Below, piece after piece: positions 38,941-45,088 of a DNA stretch of 45,088 nucleotides. The stretch is from Candidatus Hodarchaeota archaeon. GTDB lineage: Archaea; Asgardarchaeota; Lokiarchaeia; Sigyniarchaeales; SOKP01. Each line of letters starts with the position of its first letter. The first letter of the stretch is position 1. A program made the translations under genes and the position numbers. Below the pieces are notes generated by a model. That model was not told the DNA's origin, made no database searches, and saw nothing but the letters and a program-made list of their open reading frames with translations. Where the stretch lies: the NCBI GenBank assembly GCA_048887225.1, contig JBHLJY010000019.1:1-45088 (forward strand), written 5' to 3'.

Positions 38941-40411
38941 AATCCCTCAAATTTGTCTGCTTTAATCTATTATTCTTATCTTTATTTTTTCTTATATTAG
39001 TAGATGTATCTTCATTATTTCTTATTTGATTTACTTTATTGGATAATTTATCAATTATAATAGTATCATTCTCTTGATTAATTAGTTTTCCCTCAAAAGC
39101 TCTATTCAAGATACTTTGGCGTAATTTATTAGCTTTCTCAATTAAATCATTAATAATTTTTTCAGCGTTGTTGGATATTGAGAAATTTCTTTCAATTTCC
39201 TCAACAATTTTTTGTTGTTCTAAAATGGGGGGAATTGGGATTTTCATTTTCTTTAATACTCTAACAGATGCAAGATTTTTCATAGATGTCCCACGAGTTC
39301 CTGTAGACATGAGCTCTGATCGTTTTAAATCAAAGAAGTGAATAAAGAATTTATTTATAATTTTATTTCTATCTAATGTAAGTTTTAATAAAGCTTGATT
39401 AATAATTCCTCTTTCTATATTTTTAGGTACGATTGCAACTTGTCCTATTGTTCCTGCACATGTAATTAATATATCATCCGGTTTTATTTCTAAATTCTTT
39501 AATTCGTTAAACTTTTCTTCATCAATATAATAATTTCCTCTATTAAAATCTTTATTTATTACATTTCCTTGCTCATATACTTTATAACCCGTTTCAACAA
39601 AAAAGGCTTTCTTTATATCACTTCCAAATGGACCTCGTCTCATAGAATTCTTTTTTTTTGAAATAACCTTTTCCAATGGGAGATATTTCCATCCTTCAGG
39701 TCGTTCTGGCAAATCTGAAGAATTTAATTCAACTATTTTTTTATTTGAATTTTTTTTTTCTCTCCAATCTTTTGTAAATTCCCCCTCAAACGCATGAACT
39801 AAAACAGATTGTCGATATGGAATTAATTGGGCTTTTATTTTTTTCAAATTTATTACTCCAAAATCCAATTTACTAAACAGTTCCTCAATTTTTTCTACAA
39901 TTTGATTTCGAATATTAAGAGGTGGAATAGGAATAATTAAATTTTCAATATGATCTCTTTTTAAATTATTTATATTTACTCCCTTAGAAAGATTGGAAAC
40001 AGTGTTTCTATAATAAGGACTTTGAAAAAAAAATCCGATAAGCTTCTGATTTATATCTTTATTTATTCTTAATAATCCACAAAAAGTCCCAAAACTACCA
40101 GTAAATTCTCTCAAAATTTGAGCAGTTTTACCTACTAAATGTTTACTTCCGCTCGACATTGCAATTATAATATCAAATGGTTTAATAAATTGTTCATCAT
40201 TTATTTTATCTTTAGGAACATATACAAAATCCTCAAAAATTATTTTGTTATCCTGAATGTTATTTGCTCTTAAAATTGGGTATAAATTTTCTTGAGGTTC
40301 TTTTGAAGACTCAATTTTTTTATATGAAACACCTCTAATTAATTGCCCAATTTCAGTAAATTTAGAATAGTGCCAATCTGTTGGAATCCTTGGTAAGTTA
40401 ATTTTAGACAT
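38924..40411 (-). CDS. hsdS: Type I R-M specificity subunit
   Basis: Two TRDs, each followed by IPIPP..(Q)..IV and the conserved helix RQS(V/I)L..AFEG. Confidence 0.95.
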   Translation of the reverse strand: MSKINLPRIPTDWHYSKFTEIGQLIRGVSYKKIESSKEPQENLYPILRANNIQDNKIIFEDFVYVPKDKINDEQFIKPFDIIIAMSSGSKHLVGKTAQILREFTGSFGTFCGLLRINKDINQKLIGFFFQSPYYRNTVSNLSKGVNINNLKRDHIENLIIPIPPLNIRNQIVEKIEELFSKLDFGVINLKKIKAQLIPYRQSVLVHAFEGEFTKDWREKKNSNKKIVELNSSDLPERPEGWKYLPLEKVISKKKNSMRRGPFGSDIKKAFFVETGYKVYEQGNVINKDFNRGNYYIDEEKFNELKNLEIKPDDILITCAGTIGQVAIVPKNIERGIINQALLKLTLDRNKIINKFFIHFFDLKRSELMSTGTRGTSMKNLASVRVLKKMKIPIPPILEQQKIVEEIERNFSISNNAEKIINDLIEKANKLRQSILNRAFEGKLINQENDTIIIDKLSNKVNQIRNNEDTSTNIRKNKDKNNRLKQTNLRDYVKKK

Positions 40412-43161
40412 TATATTGATAAGACCTCGTTAAGTTCGTCTAAAATAAAACTTAAATCTTGTTCAAAGAGTTGATAAGCTTTAAATCTTCCACCTTTTTC
40501 ATAGAAAGGAGCTAATTCGAAGTCATCCAATTCGATCTTTAAACTGCTAACAATATGATCTTTTATCATATTTAACCATTCTAATTGTTCGGAAGTAAAT
40601 ATTTTTCCTAGACTTTTTTGAATGCCCAACCATTCATTAAATTTTCTATTAATAGTTTCATAATAGGGCTCAAGGACATCAGCTTCACCTAACGTAAACC
40701 GAATGATTGATATTATATCCGTCAAAAGTTTTTTTGGTCCAGCACCTCGAACCTTTGATTTTTCCAATTGTTCGTAGGCTTTCCATAGAATTTCTGTTGT
40801 AAAATTATGTGGTGGTTTTTCTATTGATTCACTAAGTTCCATAATTTGTTCAAAAGTAAGATGTCTTTTACCATATGGTTGAGTAAAAATAATTTGTAAA
40901 GCTATTATTTCGTCACGATTCTCTTCGATAAATTTTTTAAATGAATCAATAATGGTTCGAGCTTTCTCTTTTGCTTGGGTATCCCAACCAACAAAAATTT
41001 CCGAATCCTTGCTTATTTTATCCAAAATTTGTTCATTTTTCTTCTTTAGATCAATTAACACATTTCTTAAATCGGCATTATCAAAAGTTCTACATGCGTT
41101 TTCCTTCAATTCATCAGAAATTTCTTTTTTCTGTTCTTCTGTTGGGATTCCAGTTTGAAATCTTTCTTTTGCCTTATCAACTATGATATCAGGATCAACT
41201 GTATCAAATAAGTTGTTAATTATTTGTTTTATAGCAGTTCCACCAGTAATTTCTTCAATTTTTTCACGGTCTTCAACATCCAAATTACGATCTAACCTTG
41301 CAAGTCGATTTCCTAAAGTGATAATTGTATCCTCATCTCTAGCTCCAATAGCTACTTGATCTAGTAATTTTTCGAAAGGAACAAATGGTTTTCTTTCAAG
41401 CGGTCTTGATTCAGTTTTGTCACTTTCGCATACTCCCACAGCATCAACAATTACGAAATGTGTTTTTTTATAAACATCTGGGGTTACTGCTCGAAGATCG
41501 GTCGAAGATATAACTCGAGTACCTCGCCCTTTCATTTGTTCGAAATAGACTCTTGACTTAATATTTCTCATAAATAACAAGCATTCAACGGGTTTAATAT
41601 TAGTACCTGTAGAAATCATATCTACTGAAACAACAATTCTAGGATTAAATGAATTACGAAAGCTTGAAATTAAATCTTCAGGTTTTCCATGAGATTTATA
41701 AGTTATTTTCTGACAAAATTCATTCCCCTTATTAAAAACTTCTCTTGCTATTCTAACGATATCATCTGCATGCGAGTCATCCTTAGCAAAAATAATTGTT
41801 TTTGGAACAATTTTTCTGCGGGGGAATATTTTTGTAAAAAGACTTTCTTTAAATATTTTTATAACTGTTCTAATTTGATCAACTGCTACAACGTCTCTAT
41901 CCAATTGTTTTGCTTCATATTCGAATTCTTCATCTAATTGTTCCCATCTAACTCTTCTTGTTAGTTTATCTCTTTTATCAATCCATAATCCTGCTTCGAT
42001 TTTACTTCCTTTTTCTGTAATTTCAGTTTTAATTCTAAACACATCATAGCCGACGTTGATTCCATCTGCTACAGCTCTTTCGTGGCTATATTCCATGACT
42101 AAGTTTTGATTAAAAAATCCTATTGTCTGTTTTGAAGGTGTAGCTGTTAATCCTATAATGAAAGCATCAAAGTATTCAAGCACTTGACGCCATAAATTAT
42201 AAATTGAACGATGACATTCATCTGTAATTATGAAATCAAAAGTTTCTATGGGGATATTAGCATTATAACTAATATCCTTAGCTTTTTCATCTTTAGGAGA
42301 TATCTCATACAAGGATTTTTCTTCTAGTTCTTCATCACACTCAGGTTCATTTTTTAACATTGAATAAAGTCTTTGTATTGTAGTTATACAAACTCGGCTT
42401 ACTGGATCTAACACATTTGAAGTTAAATGCTGGATATTATAAAGTTCTACAAATTTTCTTCCATCATCAGGGGTAGGATATTGTTCAAATTCTTTTTTTG
42501 CTTGCCTTGCTAAATTATTTCGATCTACTAAAAAGAGAACTCGTCTTGCATTACCAAATTTAATAAGTCTGTAAACAAAACTTACTGATGTAAATGTTTT
42601 ACCACTTCCCGTAGCCATTTGAATAAGTGCTCGTGGTTTTCCAAGGGCATGAGATCTTTCTAGATTTTTTATTGCTTCAATTTGAGGTGCCCATAATCCT
42701 TCTTCCATGAGAGGAGGTAAATTTCTAAGTTTTAACCTCAAAGTATCTTCATCTTTAAACAATTCGACTAAAGTTTGAGGTGTATGAAATGCAAAAATTC
42801 TTCTACTACGATAATCAGGATCGTTCATATCTCTAAAAAATGTTTCTACACCAGTACTTTCATAACCAAATCGAGGTGGTAGATTATTACTTAAAAATAT
42901 TTCAGGAACACCATCAAGATATTTATCAGTTTGTATCTCCACTCCACTTAAAGTTGTTCCCTCTGCCTTTGCTTCAATAACTCCTATGATTTTACGATTA
43001 ATAAATAAGAAATAGTCAGCAAACCCTGTTTTAAGCGGAAATTCGCGTACAGCTATTCCTAAAGAAGCCCCTAGATTAAGTTCATTATAATCTTGAATTT
43101 TCCATCCTGCTTGGTCAAGTAATTGATCAATATTTTTACGAGCAGCTTCTTCAGGGTGCAT
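40411..43161 (-). CDS. hsdR: Type I R-M restriction subunit
   Basis: ADY..VIEAK nuclease motif, MATGSGKT, DECHR, TATP and QMKGRGTR. Stop overlaps the hsdS start (TAATG). Confidence 0.95.
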   Translation of the reverse strand: MHPEEAARKNIDQLLDQAGWKIQDYNELNLGASLGIAVREFPLKTGFADYFLFINRKIIGVIEAKAEGTTLSGVEIQTDKYLDGVPEIFLSNNLPPRFGYESTGVETFFRDMNDPDYRSRRIFAFHTPQTLVELFKDEDTLRLKLRNLPPLMEEGLWAPQIEAIKNLERSHALGKPRALIQMATGSGKTFTSVSFVYRLIKFGNARRVLFLVDRNNLARQAKKEFEQYPTPDDGRKFVELYNIQHLTSNVLDPVSRVCITTIQRLYSMLKNEPECDEELEEKSLYEISPKDEKAKDISYNANIPIETFDFIITDECHRSIYNLWRQVLEYFDAFIIGLTATPSKQTIGFFNQNLVMEYSHERAVADGINVGYDVFRIKTEITEKGSKIEAGLWIDKRDKLTRRVRWEQLDEEFEYEAKQLDRDVVAVDQIRTVIKIFKESLFTKIFPRRKIVPKTIIFAKDDSHADDIVRIAREVFNKGNEFCQKITYKSHGKPEDLISSFRNSFNPRIVVSVDMISTGTNIKPVECLLFMRNIKSRVYFEQMKGRGTRVISSTDLRAVTPDVYKKTHFVIVDAVGVCESDKTESRPLERKPFVPFEKLLDQVAIGARDEDTIITLGNRLARLDRNLDVEDREKIEEITGGTAIKQIINNLFDTVDPDIIVDKAKERFQTGIPTEEQKKEISDELKENACRTFDNADLRNVLIDLKKKNEQILDKISKDSEIFVGWDTQAKEKARTIIDSFKKFIEENRDEIIALQIIFTQPYGKRHLTFEQIMELSESIEKPPHNFTTEILWKAYEQLEKSKVRGAGPKKLLTDIISIIRFTLGEADVLEPYYETINRKFNEWLGIQKSLGKIFTSEQLEWLNMIKDHIVSSLKIELDDFELAPFYEKGGRFKAYQLFEQDLSFILDELNEVLSI

Positions 43162-43305
43162 AATAAAAAGTTTTAATTTTGTATAATATTAAATAAACAA
43201 TCTCTAATAAAAAATTTTAAATATGGTTAACAGATGGTTAACATTAATATGTGATTAATATAAACCAATTATGTCTTTTCTATTTATTCAATCTTAATTA
43301 TATTT

Positions 43306-44622
43306 TTATATCCCCTCTGTGTTTAGGATGTAATCTTTAAATATTAACCCTGATACGCCAATTAATTGATATTCCAGGAAGGTGCAAGAACAATGTGCCA
43401 AACTAAATAATCCAATATCATTTTTATGCCATGCTTTCATCCAAAAATATATTGGAAGATTTGTTTTTAATTTAATTCTTCCTTGATTTAATTCATTATC
43501 ATCAAAAAGCATGTTTTTCCATCGAATATATTTTTCTGGTGGTTTCTTTTGATAGCATTCATGTCGATCTTCAGTTCCTTGTAAAACAGCCATACTTAAG
43601 TCGCCAATATGATATGCATGTCCGTATCCCCAACGGGCAAATTTGGCTTTATTTAATCCTCTATGTACGGCTTTTAAATTAACAGAATATTCCCCATTTC
43701 TACCAAGTTTCTCTGCTTTACCTACGTATAGAGGGATAATTTTGTTTTCCTGCATCGTATACATGATGTATATAACTCCATAAAATTCTTTTTTATCAAC
43801 AGGAAGGTAATCATTATATACATTTTGAACTTCTTTCTCAATTAGTTCTTCCATTTCCCGACTTCTTTTAAGGACTTTAAATCTTCCTGACATAGTTGTA
43901 CTGACAATTCCCTCCTTTTCATCAAACAAAGGAATATTATTTTTGATATACTTATTAATCCAGAAATCCCAAAGTTCCTCTAATTTTTGAAACGGAATTA
44001 TATTATTTATGTCATCAATTTTATAGATTCCCTCCCTTGAGATACCCTCAGAATTTAGTATTTCTTCAGGAAAAGCTTCGCCTGCCAAACCGATTAGAAG
44101 AAATTCGGCAGTTTTTATTGGAACTTTTTCTTTAATAAAGATGAGATCTGAATTTGTATACCATGGAATAATTGCGAATAAAACATTATTTTTAAATTTA
44201 TTTCTCTCAATTAAATGATTTTGCCATTTTTTATATTTTTCTGGTTTTGTAAGTCCCTCTAAAACAACTTTACTAAATAAGAACATATGATCAGAATTTT
44301 TATTTCGCAACCATCTCTGGAAAAGCATTATCTTCCCATTTTTTTTCTCAGCACGGCCAATATAAAGAGGTATTAATAAATTATTTTCAATAAAATACAT
44401 TATATAAATAAATCCGATACAATCAGAGGATTCATTAATTAATTTCGATTTCATTTGGAAGTATTCTTTAAATTCATTAGAAACTTTAATTATTCTTGTT
44501 TCTTTATATATTTCCGTTTTAATTTTTCCATCATCTGTATCAAATAAAGGTATCTTTTTGTCAATATTCTCACATAACCATTCATTTAAAATTGATTTAA
44601 AATTCATTTCTAATCTGAACAA
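43306..44622 (-). CDS. Protein with two tandem GIY-YIG nuclease domains
   Basis: GFIYIMY..PLYIGRA..RW..E.LLIG..ILNSEG and GVIYIMY..PLYVGKA..RW..EYQLIG..ILNTEG. Confidence 0.8.
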   Translation of the reverse strand: MFRLEMNFKSILNEWLCENIDKKIPLFDTDDGKIKTEIYKETRIIKVSNEFKEYFQMKSKLINESSDCIGFIYIMYFIENNLLIPLYIGRAEKKNGKIMLFQRWLRNKNSDHMFLFSKVVLEGLTKPEKYKKWQNHLIERNKFKNNVLFAIIPWYTNSDLIFIKEKVPIKTAEFLLIGLAGEAFPEEILNSEGISREGIYKIDDINNIIPFQKLEELWDFWINKYIKNNIPLFDEKEGIVSTTMSGRFKVLKRSREMEELIEKEVQNVYNDYLPVDKKEFYGVIYIMYTMQENKIIPLYVGKAEKLGRNGEYSVNLKAVHRGLNKAKFARWGYGHAYHIGDLSMAVLQGTEDRHECYQKKPPEKYIRWKNMLFDDNELNQGRIKLKTNLPIYFWMKAWHKNDIGLFSLAHCSCTFLEYQLIGVSGLIFKDYILNTEGI

Positions 44623-44749
44623 GGGATTAAATAAATTCTCATTTTGACTATACAGTAAAATTTTTTATAACTTTAATCATCTTTTATTTAAGCAAGATAT
44701 TAATCGAATAATAATTAGTAGACTTACCAACTAAAATTATAGAAATAAA

Positions 44750-45088
44750 ATGTTAAACAAACCTCCTCCAACAGCGACAGCAGGGGAGCGCTCATTTTTC
44801 AATAGAGTTAAACAGTTTATTTCAGATGAGAATAGGGGAATAGGCTATTTTGAGCCGGATATTGGAGGACTACATCCAGATTTTCTTTTATTATCGCCCG
44901 ATTTTGGAGTTATCGTAGCGGAAATCAAGGATTATGCCCCTAATAATCTCATAACAATAACGAAATCCGGGAATTGGGAGAAATTGGATGCTGATAACAC
45001 AATTTCAATTGATAATCCATTTGATCAGATTTACCAATATTGGCGTGCGATAAAAGATCGTGTCAATTACAGTCATTTTCCAGATGAG
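44750..45088 (+). CDS. NERD-domain nuclease, 3' truncated (often fused to an SF1 helicase)
   Basis: Hand translation: MLNKPPPTATAGERSFF...HPDFLLLSPDFGVIVAEIKDY...NPFDQ. Open to the window end; absent from the ORF track. Confidence 0.85.
   Translation, partial: MLNKPPPTATAGERSFFNRVKQFISDENRGIGYFEPDIGGLHPDFLLLSPDFGVIVAEIKDYAPNNLITITKSGNWEKLDADNTISIDNPFDQIYQYWRAIKDRVNYSHFPDE

Larger units (their letters stand above)
31315..45088. other. Defence island
   Basis: A contiguous run of nuclease, Argonaute, NDT and R-M genes, visibly more AT-rich than the metabolic genes to the left. Confidence 0.85.

Overview
AT-rich archaeal DNA, most likely from an Asgard (Lokiarchaeia-like) genome. This is an inference from an Arf/Rag-like GTPase fused to a roadblock-like domain, expanded acyl-CoA genes and Loki-style repeat membrane proteins. 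1-5.5 kb: two repeat-built membrane proteins. 5.6-20 kb: a sulfatase, two tandem carA-carB pairs (the second CarA has lost its glutaminase catalytic residues), an unannotated 58-aa zinc-ribbon protein, pyrG and DUF1846. 20-31 kb: an acyl-CoA cluster (three crotonase paralogues, acetoacetate-decarboxylase family, acyl-CoA ligase, Re-citrate/homocitrate synthase family, SCP2, a 4-hydroxybutyryl-CoA dehydratase plus a truncated paralogue) and a GNAT. From about 31.3 kb to the end is a defence island. It holds an Endonuclease VII-type protein, a two-gene short prokaryotic Argonaute operon whose APAZ partner carries an N-terminal Cap4/DUF4297-like PD-(D/E)xK nuclease, a convergent NDT-fold protein, a Type I R-M system, a tandem double GIY-YIG nuclease and the start of a NERD protein. 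The best candidate for a new system is the nuclease-APAZ/short-pAgo pair. All family calls come from motif recognition by eye; no searches were run.
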